A program made the position numbers and the translations under genes. Below are positions 1 through 11,529 of a stretch of 64,000 nt of DNA, piece by piece. The DNA is from Octopus sinensis (lineage: Eukaryota): NCBI RefSeq assembly GCF_006345805.1, contig NC_043002.1:65844001-65908000 (forward strand). Reading direction: 5' to 3'. Under the pieces are notes generated by a model. That model saw nothing but the letters and a program-made list of their open reading frames with translations, ran no database searches and had not been told where the DNA came from. How positions within the stretch are numbered: the first letter of the stretch is position 1; every line of letters begins with the position of its first letter.

Positions 1-530
1 TATATATTATATATATCTATATAATTACTATATATATATATATATATTAATTAATAAGGGTGAGAGAATTAGATACTAATTTAATAGTATATTTATTCAA
101 CACCAAGTGGCCTATAGTGCTACGAGAACCTGGATTATTATAATATTTTATAACATATTATAATATTTTTACAAATAAATATAAGAGAGTGGTCACTATA
201 TTGCTCACTCTAGCACCAGTTAATCCAAAAGGTGTAAACCACGAAAATACATGTTTCCCATGAAAGCCAGTACGATGTTAGCTCACACGGAACAGGGCAA
301 ATAGAAAAATAACAAAATACAGATTATTTGGAAAATGGTTTCGCTAGTAACTGAATTAAATGTAATAGTACTTAAAAAAATCCACTTGTAAGATCGTCAG
401 CCAAGACTATCTGTATGAATCCAACTCAATCACACGCCAGATTACCATAACGATAAATACGCGTGTGGTTCAATGATTACATCCGACGTTATATATATAT
501 ATACCAATATATATATATATATATATATAT

Positions 531-564
<34 letters not shown>

Positions 565-768
565 TATATATATATATATATATATATACAGGATGTTCAA
601 AAATTCTCTCCCCTGTTTCTTTTTCATCATGCGCATCTAAGCGGTAGATATTGCTTCGAGTCCGTTGGTTTATGATAAATGTCAATTACAATTTGGTTTA
701 TCAGAATATCTAAGTAAGAGGATCTTGTTCTTTGCTATATTCCATTGTAACTGAATGCTAAGGATCAT

Positions 769-1193
769 ACTCTCTACTCTTTAACTTGTTTCATTATCAT
801 TTGCTATGGCCATGCTGGAGCACCGCTTTAGTCCGGAGCACAATCGACCCCAGGACTTATTCTTTGTAAGCCTAGTACTATTCTTTTTGGTCTCCCTTCC
901 GAACAACTAAGTGACGGGGACGTAACACAGCAGCATCGGTTGTCAAGCGATGCTGGGGGGACAAACACAGACACACAAGCATATACATACACACACACAC
1001 ACATATATATATACATATATATATATATATACACGACAGGCTTCTTTCACTTTCCATTCTACCAAATCCACTTACAATGCTTTGGTCGGCCCGAAGCTAT
1101 AGTAGACGACCCTTGCGCAAGGTGCCACGCAGTGGCACTGAACTCAGAACCATGTGGTTAGTAAGCAAGCTACTTACCAGACAGCCACTCCTG

Positions 1194-1197
<4 letters not shown>
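769..1197 (-). mobile_element. tRNA-derived SINE family A, full length
   Basis: Reverse complement reads ggcgcaggagtggctgtctggtaagtagc (A-box-like), gagttcagtgccac (B-box-like), central (TA)n/(TG)n tract and 3' module ending in a short A-rich repeat; same structure as copies at 16172, 18547 and 29948. Confidence 0.9.
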
Positions 1198-1266
<69 letters not shown>

Positions 1267-2087
1267 TATATGGGCAATGGTTTCTTATATCTCCTACCTC
1301 TTCTAAATTGGTTGCTAATAAAGTAGAAATATCATCTGTAACATCCATCCCACTACTTTTTGTCTATAGTGTATGTGATATATTTATGTTGCTGAGTTGG
1401 CAATGATTACATTTCCTGCTATCGCTGGCAAGAATACTTTTTGTGGATTTTTCAGGCGCTGCTTTGTTGTTTTGGTGCACTCTTCCTAGCTGATTGGTGC
1501 AAAGTTGAAGAAGTTATGGAGTTGTGATAAGAAGTGGCGAAAGAATGTGACTTCGTTGTCGTCTGCTTAAGTTCATTTGTTATCAGAAGTTTCTAGAAGG
1601 TCGTATAGGTCAAACCAACAGAATGAAAAGGTGGATTTGTTTGTTAGGAGAAATTTCTATTTGAACTTGTTTCTCAGCGTCAGATCTTCCTACGTTCGAG
1701 TGTAAACGAACGTGATAAATATGGTTGTGCACAATTATACATACATATATATATACCAGTGTATGGGCAGTATGCTTGAATGGTTAAAGAATTCTCTTCC
1801 AAACCAAGAGGTCTTGGGGACGGTAACACTGCGTAGCATTTTGAAGAACTGAGACTTTCTAAAGCCTATATGCTTTTATGTTCATAAATATCACTGTATG
1901 GACCAAACCATTTGATATTGTTAAACACCACTGGTCACAATGCGCTTCCTCCCATTATTGTAACTTTCGAATAATGCCTCCACGCTGGCTTGGTGGGCAG
2001 TCGAACATTCATCCTGAACGGAATGCCAATCATATATGTATACATTTCCTCCGTCTTCCTTTTATCTTGGACTTTCCTCTGTCTCTT

Positions 2088-2122
2088 GTCTCTGAAGAAG
2101 AGCTTTGCTCGAAACGTAAAAC
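2088..2122 (+). ncRNA. Minimal type I hammerhead ribozyme motif (PLE-type)
   Basis: gtct-CTGAAGA-a-GAGC ttt GCTC-GAAA-CGTA-aaac; loopless palindromic stem III (ACGT); stem I has 3 of 4 pairs. Confidence 0.65.
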
Positions 2123-2256
2123 CACCTTTCCTTCCCTGAGCGTGTGCTAATACTTTGCATGTACTACGTCCTCGCGCTGTTGTTTTTTTTTTCTTGTTTT
2201 TCCTTCGTTTTCTTTTTTCGAGTAATTAATTATATATACAGAGGTTGGATAAAATA

Positions 2257-2470
2257 ATGGAAACACCTTAATATTTCAAACAAAATAATGGAAACACCTT
2301 CATATTTTAAACAAATTCATATATATATAGAGAGAGAAAGAGAACTTGTAGAACTGGAGACTGTTTTAGCTGAAGAGGGGACAAAAATTCCTTTGGAAAC
2401 AATTCAATCTTTGTATGAGCCCATACTTCATAGAATTCAAGCTTTGATAACTGCCCATAATAATAGTCAC
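2257..2470 (+). mobile_element. Tc1-like transposon relic (end plus transposase C-terminus)
   Basis: ta-cagaggttggataaaataatggaaacacc end with internal direct repeat aaaataatggaaacacctt; ORF 2288-2485 contains ELETVLAEEGTKIPLETIQSLYE..RIQALI, typical of Tc1 C-termini. Confidence 0.6.
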
Positions 2471-2634
2471 AATGAGGATATTTAGACCTCTTATAGGGAA
2501 ATTTTTATCTTAGACACACTGGTTTAATATATTGTATTTTGAAGAAATATTTCTTAAATAAAAAATTATATAAAATATCATAAAATATCAGATATTATTA
2601 TTGAGTTTGAAAACAGAGAGATCTAATGGATACA

Positions 2635-2680
2635 AATTAATTAATTAATTAATTAATTAATTAATTAATTAATTAATTAA
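2635..2680. repeat. (TAAT)n microsatellite
   Basis: Direct reading. Confidence 0.95.
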
Positions 2681-2864
2681 CATATTCACCTACAATTGTT
2701 TTATTTCACAAATGATATATATGTGCATATATATATGTATGTATATATGTATGTATGTAAGTATGTGTGTGTTTGTGCGTGTGTGCGCAAGTACCTGCGT
2801 GCGTAAGTGTGTGTGTGTGTGGTGTGTGTGTGTGTGTGGTGTGTGTGTGTGCATATATAATTAT

Positions 2865-3375
2865 CACACCGTCGGTTACGACGATGTGTTCTCTAGCTGG
2901 TTCGATCAACGGAAAAGCTTGCTCGTGAAATTAACGGGCATGTGACCGAGCACTCCACAGACAGGTGTGCTCTTGGCGTAGTTCTCAAGGAGAGTCAGCG
3001 TGACACAAATTGCGACAAGAAATGATGGAGTTGTGAGATAAGGAGTGGCGAAAGAATGCGACTTGCGTTGTCGTCTGCTTTAAGTTCACTTGTTATCAGA
3101 TGTTTCTGGAAGGCCGTAGGTTGGCGTAGGTCAAACCAGCAGAATGAAAATGTGGATTTTGTTCGTTAGGAGAAATTTCTACTTGAACTTCTTTCCCAGC
3201 ATCAGATTTTCCTACGTTCCTTTGAATTACAGGTACAACTCATTTTTTTCCAGCTGAGTGGACTGGAGCAATATGAAGTAAAGTTTTTCTTGCTCAAAGA
3301 CGCAATGCGACGCTGAGAATTGAACTCATGAGCTTACCATCTTGGGTCTAATACCCTAACAACTAAGCCACGCGC
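2865..3375 (-). mobile_element. tRNA/CORE-type SINE family C, split by a ~195 bp insertion
   Basis: Tail 2865-3020 and head 3220-3375 match the uninterrupted copy at 38359-38672. Confidence 0.8.
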
Positions 3376-3734
3376 CTTTATACATATGTATGTGTGTGTG
3401 TGTGTGTGTGTGGTGTGTGTGTGTGTGTGTGTGTGTGTGTATTTATATACATATCAATTATAATGAAAGATAAAATCTATATCGGATTTTATCAAGTCTA
3501 TTGCACGTAAAAACCTATTAAGGTAAAAATTAATAAAAAATATATAATTTTATAAATATAATTATAAAATTATAATAAGGGCAACTACCATGTAATGCCA
3601 CATGCTAGAAGAAGACGACGCCAAATGGCTCTAAACTGCTTCATTTATCACATAGACACGGGCCGAACGCGTGGGAATAAACAAAATAGACTTTTGAAAA
3701 GGTTAGCCATAGATCGATTTCTGGTTTAGTGATG

Positions 3735-3780
<46 letters not shown>

Positions 3781-3864
3781 TAATATTATATTATATATAT
3801 AGATATAATATATATATGGGGAAAAGTCAAAGTAGTAAATGCTACAATAATTTTATAGAAAACA

Positions 3865-3906
3865 TTTCAGTACCGGTTTCAGTCATTGAGACTTTTTCAA
3901 CTGTAA
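3865..3906 (-). ncRNA. Type I hammerhead ribozyme, U3:A8 core variant
   Basis: Minus strand ttacag-TTGAAAA-AGTC tcaat GACT-GAAA-CCGG-TA-ctgaaa; stems I and II pair; palindromic stem III ACCGGT; GUA site. Confidence 0.75.
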
Positions 3907-4213
3907 GTATAGAAAATAATTAAATTTTGGAAAAATTATATAAAAAGTTTTTTAAAAGAATATTTGCATTAGTATTCAAATACAAGGGGCATTTTCCTTG
4001 TTTCTGCCTGTCTCTGTCTCTTTTGTTTACTCTTGTGAGTAAAAAAGTTTGAGATTTAGAGATTTTCTACCGGTGACCAGCATGCATAATAGCGTTAATA
4101 GACAACATATTTTTCATATAATATAATGTACGTATTTATACACAAAAGAGATGACCTTTAGCTTGTAAGGTGTCCTGTTAAAGGTCACCTCTTTTGTGTA
4201 TAAACACGTACGC

Positions 4214-4305
<92 letters not shown>

Positions 4306-4677
4306 TGTGTGTGTGCGTATGTATATTATATATGTATGTATGTATGTATGTATCCATATTTATGTTTCCGTTTATATATGTATCTGTATATATTGTATGT
4401 GCATTTTATGTGTATATATGCATGTATATGCATATTTATATGCTATACTATACCACAGCATATAACTATAGATTAAACCATATTCTATGTATACACTGAT
4501 GTAAACAACTTGTCTTTATACCTGTCCCAGAAGATATCATATACCCAAACAAGTTGTTTGTATCTCTCTTACATGCAGTGTTGGCTAAAGCCCATAGATT
4601 TACTTTGTAGCAGAGTACGGAATTGAAACTAAACACTGTTAAAGCCCCATTAATATATATCTGTATATATTAACATG

Positions 4678-4708
<31 letters not shown>

Positions 4709-4933
4709 TATCTTAGAAGCTTGTCAACTCAATCTTAATTTACATTTAAGTAACCTGTTTTCGAATTCCTATTTTATGTCCCTTCTATAAATACTTTCAT
4801 TTTTGTATCTCTTCTTCTTCTTTCTACTTCTTCTTCCTTTTCTCCCTCTTCTCCACCTCCTTCTTCTTGTCTTCCTTCTGTCCTTCAAACTTTATGCCCT
4901 ATTGTTTAATTGACAGTTTGTGGTATCTCTTTG

Positions 4934-5034
<101 letters not shown>

Positions 5035-5144
5035 CAAACAAATAAAAGAACAATATCAAAATCGGTTTAGCTAAACAAGGTAAATTCAAAACAGTTACGA
5101 GATAATAACCTAGTTCGAAGAACCAACTAAGATGGCGGTAGTAC

Positions 5145-5500
5145 ATGGAACCTACACTCGCCTCCTTATGAGAGCTCAAAATCTCTCGTGGAGGCGCCAT
5201 CCAACCAAAATGCAAATATTTGGGAAATTACCACCTGTGTCATCTCTTGTGAAAGGTAGGAGAGTCCAGTTTGCTGGACATTGTTGTAGAGCTGAAAAAG
5301 AAGTAATTTCTACTCTTCTCCTCTGGAAGCCATCTACTCGCAACACCAGAGGGCGCACACTCTCCTACCCTGATGTAATCTCCAGGGATACAGGCATCCA
5401 GCAACAGGACCTCCGTAATGCTATGATGGACCGTGAAGTCTGGCGCAACATAGTAAATTCCATTGTCTCGACCACGGTCGAACAATGATGAATGATGATG
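5145..5500 (+). mobile_element. RTE-clade LINE, 5'-truncated 3' end
   Basis: ORF 5132-5488 GTYTRLLMRAQNLSWRRHPTK..RRVQFAGHC..DREVWR, followed by a (TGA)n tail. Confidence 0.75.
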
Positions 5501-5977
5501 ACATGTTCTCTTACATACCTTTTTCCGTGACAAAGTCATTAAATCACGAGCATTCTGACGATGACGTCGAAGTGTAACCTCACCTGGTCCCTTCCAAAAT
5601 GGCGTCGATGCACCAGTTTTGAGTGGAACGCTTGGAGAATTGTGGAATCTGGAATCTCTTTCCATGTGAAACTACTGGCAGTACTGTCAGTCCACATACA
5701 CACACATCCATGAACAATCATATATCGTACATATTTGATTTAAGTGAGACTGAAGTGCCTTGGCCTCGGAAATATTGTAAACCGTCGTAACAAGATTTGA
5801 AACAAGGACATCTAAAAAAAAAAGTAGAATATTAAGACAACTTAATTATCTACAAAACTTGTGTTTATGTATATATAGTTCTGTTGTTATCTCAAATAAA
5901 CCAGACATGTTTTTTTTTGCATCTATTTCTGAGTTCTATGAAATATGTTCACGCTTCTCAGAACCACCCACTTCTAA

Positions 5978-6034
<57 letters not shown>

Positions 6035-6454
6035 ACACACACGCACACATACACTCTCCCTCCCTCTGCTCAGCTCTCTACTCTCATGCGCTCTTCTTTA
6101 AATCGTGCCAAATTTGAATTTAGGTTTGAATGATCGGAATTCATGTACGATAAGACCTTATCTCTAACTATCTTCGACCTTAAACTACCCCTGAGAATAT
6201 CATCCATGTACAAGACGTTTATGCTAACAGAAAAGTATATTGCTTATCTTTTGTAATCATTTTTTTCCGTTTTTTACCTCGAATGTTTGGATGCTTTAGT
6301 GTCAGTTTTTTTTTATTAAGATCAGTGTTGCTTTTCTGCCATTATAATAAGTGAGACGTGCATCTAGTACAGGGTCCCCAAATGTTTTGCCCGCCTAATG
6401 CTTCATGGAATCCTTAATCCCTCGACGACTCCGGGCATATGTAAAATATAAAAA

Positions 6455-6913
6455 GAAGAAAGCAACCATGCTCTGGGATATGCCAATACACACACATAGA
6501 GAAATTAAGGCCAATAGGCCGGATATAGTTGTTAGAGATCACCAAGAAAAAAAATGCTTTCTAATCGATGTATCAATTACCAACGGATGACAATGTTTCT
6601 CTAAAAGAAACAGAGAAACTTTCAAAATACAAAGATCTGGAAAGAGAGGAAGCTCAAATGTGGAGCCTAAAAACAAAATAATTAGGTATGATAAAAAAAA
6701 AAACATTCAGATAAATACATAACTAAAACACCAGGAGTTACAAGGATATATAACATACAAAAATAGCACTACCAGGCATCGCACACATCTTAGGTAAATC
6801 ACTTTTAATACAGTGAAAATAAGAGTACCACAACAAACCACAGTACATAGCCAAGGCACACACAGCTGCGATCGGTAGTGCAGTGAAAGCACGTGATAAA
6901 ACAAGACTACTGG

Positions 6914-6951
<38 letters not shown>

Positions 6952-6952
6952 T
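6455..6952 (+). mobile_element. R4/Dong-type (RLE endonuclease) non-LTR retrotransposon 3' end
   Basis: LWDMPIHTHREIKANRPDIVVRDHQEKKCFLIDVS (PD..D motif), then frameshifted KETEKLSKYKDLE and IQKIALP; ends in (TAA)n at 6914-6952. Confidence 0.8.
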
Positions 6953-7090
6953 AACAAGTAATTGCACCCAAAAAAAGCGATATTAACAAGGAACTGCGCT
7001 CAAAAAGCGATATCAACAAAGAACTGCATCCAAAAAGCCATATTAACATAGAACTCAACTCAGAAAGCAATGTCAACAAGGAACTGCTCC
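6950..7090 (+). repeat. 30-bp tandem repeat, about 5 diverged units
   Basis: aaaaagcgatattaacaaggaactgcgctc / aaaaagcgatatcaacaaagaactgcatcc / aaaaagccatattaacatagaactcaactc / agaaagcaatgtcaacaaggaactgctcc. Confidence 0.85.
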
Positions 7091-7131
7091 TAGAGTTTCA
7101 CAGAAAACGCCATCGATTTAGCCCTCACTTA

Positions 7132-8762
7132 CACTGGCGAAAATAAATTTAAGACCTATGGTAAAAGTTCTATTTCTCACAAAATATTTTGTTACTAACA
7201 CCATACAAATTATTTCTATATTTTACAACTTATGCAAAATTTATTTCTCTTTCGAAAGATGCAGACAATAACTATTATTACACAACTTGAAGAATTCTAA
7301 TGCTAAATTAATATAAATGTTTTAAATTTACCAGCAAAATTAGTTTAAGACCATGTAATATGTATGCAAATTTTTTTGCCAAAATGGGTGGTCATACAAT
7401 TAGCCTAACTGCACTATATAGTATATTAATTTAACGTTATTATACAATTGATTAATAATGGGAAAATAACGTAGCTTCAGTCCAGTCACGAGAGCAAAAA
7501 TCGTATTACTCCACCAGCAAAAAGTTTCCTTTTCGAACATCAGCAAGCAACTAAAGTGCAGTAAAACGGCTTGCGTGCAAGCGTGGAAGTTATACTTGGA
7601 GACTGGTCAATATAAAGATCGGCAAAGGACCGGCACCCCAAGAAAAGCGACGGCGCAGTTCAACCGTCGAATCCACCGACTTTCGGAAGGCAACCGAATA
7701 CTGACAGCCGTTGACATTTGTAAACAATTGTCCAACGAGGATGGTGTTATTTTTACACCACAAACCGTCCGCAACCGTTTCAGAGAATTTGGACTACATG
7801 GACGAATCGCTAGGAAAAAGCCAATAATATCCGAAAGAAATCGACTCAAACGCCTTAATTTCGCAAACAGTCATGCTCAATGGACTGCTGAAGATTGGTG
7901 CAGGGTCCTTTGGAGTGACGAATCACGCTTCTGTATATCTGGATCAGATGGTAAAACACGTCAGACGTCGCCCAACAGAGGAATTCCATCCGAAATGCGT
8001 GAAAAAAAAACGGTGCAAGCGGGGGTGGGGGTGATGGTGTGGGCGGCATTTAGCAGCTATGGTGTTGGCCCTCTAGTTAACGTTGATGGAAAGCTAAATA
8101 GTGTAGGTTATATGAATCTACTAAAGGATAATGTTTTGTCATATTTGACTCACCAAATGCCTCCGGGGTTTATTTATCAGCAAGACAATAGTCCTGTTCA
8201 CAAAGCCAAAAAGGTTATGGAATTTTTTGGTCACCATAATATTGACGTAATCGAATGGCCTCCCCAGAGCCCGGACCTGAATCCGATCGAGAACTTGTGG
8301 AATTATGTTTCCAAAACGTCCTTGCTAAAAAAACCATCTAATCTAAAACAATTATTCGATTATATCAATGAAATATGGCAAAACATTCCCATAGAATTTT
8401 GTAATCACTTAGCGAATTCAATGCCGAGGCGTTGTTCAGCCGTTATTAAGAATAAAGGCTACGGCACAAAGTACTAATTTGTATTTCGTTCTTGTTGCTC
8501 ATTTTTGCTACAATCTTAAGCTTTAAATAAAATTATAATGATACGGTAAACTAATTTTGCCGGTAAATTTGAAATGTTTATATTAATTTAGCATTAGAAT
8601 TCTTCAAGTTGCATAAAAAATAGTTATTGTCTGCATCATTCGAAAGAGAAATAAATTCTGCATAAGATGTAAACGATATAAATAATTTGTATGGTGTTAG
8701 TAACAAAATATTTTGTAAGAAATAGAACTTTTATCATCGGTCTTAAATTTATTTCGGCAGTG
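7132..8762 (+). mobile_element. Full-length Tc1-family DNA transposon with ~215 bp IR/DR-type TIRs
   Basis: TIRs 7132-7346 and 8548-8762, TA on both sides; outer gcgaaaataaatttaagacc and inner gcaaaattagtttaagacc direct repeats in the left TIR. Confidence 0.95.
7458..8477 (+). pseudogene. Tc1 DD34E transposase, disabled
   Basis: ATG 7458 is in frame with ORF 7575-8477 but TAA at codon 4; WSDESRF, QQDNSPVH-34aa-E in SPDLNPIENLW; internal compensated frameshift. Confidence 0.9.
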
Positions 8763-9174
8763 TATCCTTTTTAGAACTTCCATTTATCGGATTTCTCGAC
8801 TGGCAGACGATTGTAATTGCTTAACAACGCTCCAGATACCAATGTTCTGTCTCAGCATTTGCTTCACTTCGTTCTTTGACAAAGCAGCTGTCAAAGAACG
8901 AAATCTGGAAATACGCGTCTGAAAAAAGGCGACCACACCTGTTCTTGATACTGTCACCTCGTAATCCTACAAAATGCTGTTAATCACTTCGAGGTCCCTG
9001 ATGTTCGACACCAAGATGTTGATGACGTCTGCATTAACTGGCACAGATCCTCTGCATCCTTGTCCAGTTTTTGCAGTAGTCTTCTAAATTCGTACGTACA
9101 AAAGAGACGAATGGAGACAATCTTAACAGAATGATATTGAAAGGGTCCGTTAAGTAGCCGCGCGCGCGCGCGTG

Positions 9175-9206
<32 letters not shown>

Positions 9207-9701
9207 AGCATGTGTGTGTGTGTATGTATGTGTGTGTGTGTGTGTGTGTGTTATTTTGTCCTTTTGGATATTCAGGACGACATTTTCCTATTTTAAGACG
9301 GCAGGATTTGGCAGTTACCTCTAGCAAATTGCGCGCCTACACAAATTTTGATAATGTTTCGGAACGCCAGATCAGTCGGATCGAGGGCGCCTCAGTTGTG
9401 ACAAACCTGCCGTTTGTATAGAAATAACTGCGTTCTTCAATATGACCTTCATTTAAGGAACATGTGACAGTCTGAAGCTTCTATTTTCAGCCGGATGAGT
9501 GACAACTGATGTGTTGTGTATGCCAACCAAACTCTCACGCGTCAGATGATAACAGTCTTTCATGGTAGAAAATATGTTTTCCATAGCTGCAATATGTCTT
9601 TCGTATTATTTATGTAAATATTTAAATTTTAAACAAAACTAAAACATGTACAAAATGGCGTGAAATTGTACAAAAACAAAAAGGTCTTAAATATAGAATT
9701 A

Positions 9702-9852
9702 CTGTATTTGCTCGTATATAAGTTGTAATTTTATATTTGGTTTTAACGGAAAATAAAAAGTGAGATGCAAATTATACACGGGGTAAAGCTAAAAACTTTT
9801 ACCAATATTTAACTCTAAATTAGGGGTGCGTTTTATTCTCGAGTAAATTCGG
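9702..9852. mobile_element. pogo/Tigger-like MITE (151 bp)
   Basis: ta-ctgtatttgctcgtatataa ... ttattctcgagtaaattcgg-ta; imperfect ~20 bp TIR and TA TSD. Confidence 0.65.
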
Positions 9853-10126
9853 TACTTTTTAATATATAACGTATTTCGTTTGATATATTTTAGCTAAATA
9901 ATTTTATTTTAACTATGGCAAAATGTTAATGCCTGACTACAAACAAATGAAATGTTAATGCTTTTCATAGTAATCTGAAATAGCTCAACTAACAGAGCCT
10001 TCAATTCAAGATTCAAAGTTTCTTGGATCAATTGGTAAGTTAATGAAATTATCATTTTAGTAATCCAAATTTCAAATTTCACACATGTAGGAAACATAAT
10101 AGAGAGGGGAGGTTTTTTCGGTTACA

Positions 10127-11106
10127 TCTATTATATAAAATCTGTTCTGTCCCTATGTGTATGTGTGTGTGTGTGTGTCTTAGGATCTCGGGCATCCTCC
10201 ATCCGATTGCGCTCAAATTTGATACGTAGATACCGATGGTATCAGGGCGTGTCTTGAAAAATTTACAAAAATCGACTCCAGGTGAGAATGCGATTGATAA
10301 AGCCGTGGGAACGTGTATTTGAGCTTCGCGATGACCATCAACAAAGCACAGAGGCAGTCATTGAAAATTTGGGGGTTGGACCTTAGCACTCCCTGCTTTT
10401 CGCACGGACAACTGTATGTGGGCTGTTCGAGGGTTGACTGTTCGACAAACCTTTTCTACTACGCTCCAGACGGTGTAACAAGGAATGTGATTTACAAGGC
10501 TGCGCTCCACTAGCCTTTCCATGCCCTTGAACATCCCGTAAAGTAAGGTAGCTTAAAATTAGTTACCTAGTTCCCTAGCTTGTTGCTTTTCATCATAAAT
10601 CGCCCCAAGTTGATTTCCTACATGTTTTATTGGATAAACTTATTATTGTCCCAGGTACGTTCTCATAAATTCACCATGCTTTTCCATCTAGATTTACCTC
10701 CAGCTAACCCATTTGCATTCATCGCTTTTGTCCTGCTTTTCTTCCATCAACCTGTACATAACTGTACCTTCCATTTTTTTGTTGTTTTTGTACTGCTTAA
10801 AGGCACGTTTCTTTCCTGCTGCCAAGCTTACTGTTTAAACCATGTTTGTGTTCTCCCAGTCAACAGCCTTATCATTACTGGTACTTTAAACTCTTCGGTT
10901 GTATATTTGTGTGAATAAAATCGTTTTTCTTTGGAATAGAAAAAGTCTATCTTTATTTCTTCTTTTGCTGGTGTCTCAAGTTTAGGTTAAGTCAGTGTTT
11001 CTGAAAGGGGAGGCCTATGGGACGGTCAGACAAGTTGTTTTGAGAAAATTTGGTTTAAATGTTTGACAACTCAGCACCGTCCATTGGACGAGGGGCGTTT
11101 TGCTCG
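10127..11106 (+). mobile_element. Non-autonomous Helitron
   Basis: Starts a|TCtattatataaaa; contains the helicase C-terminus; ends with hairpin cgtcc-att-ggacg followed by CTCG|t (CTAG variant). Confidence 0.65.
10313..10513 (+). pseudogene. Helitron PIF1-like helicase C-terminal fragment
   Basis: LSFAMTINKAQRQSL..FSHGQLYVGCSRV..TRNVIY matches the Helitron AMTINKSQGQ/SHGQLYVA motifs. Confidence 0.85.
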
Positions 11107-11174
11107 TATACACATATCTTCGCATGATTACCATTATAGTAATATATGATTACCATTATAGTAATATATAATTA

Positions 11175-11228
<54 letters not shown>

Positions 11229-11529
11229 TTTCTTAAACCTTTCCTAAAACACATCAAAAGCTACGTAAGAGACGATATAGATATGCTCAACCACCTTCCT
11301 AAACAGTCAATGAGAAAACCCTTCTAGTATCATTCGACGTAGTTAATCTTTATTCTAACATCCCTCACAACCTAGGAATAGAAGCAATCACCTTCTGGCT
11401 GAATAACTACCCCTTGAACTCCCAACTCGCATAAACAAAGACCTTATAATAGAAGGACTTAGATTCATTTTAGAGAACAATTATTTTATTTTTGACAATG
11501 ATTTCTACAGGCAAAGATCGGGAACAGCG

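Noticed and set aside
380-400. CTGACGA (-) paired with GAAACATGTA at ~250
   Set aside because: About 130 nt apart with poor stem I and II pairing; at best a decayed relic
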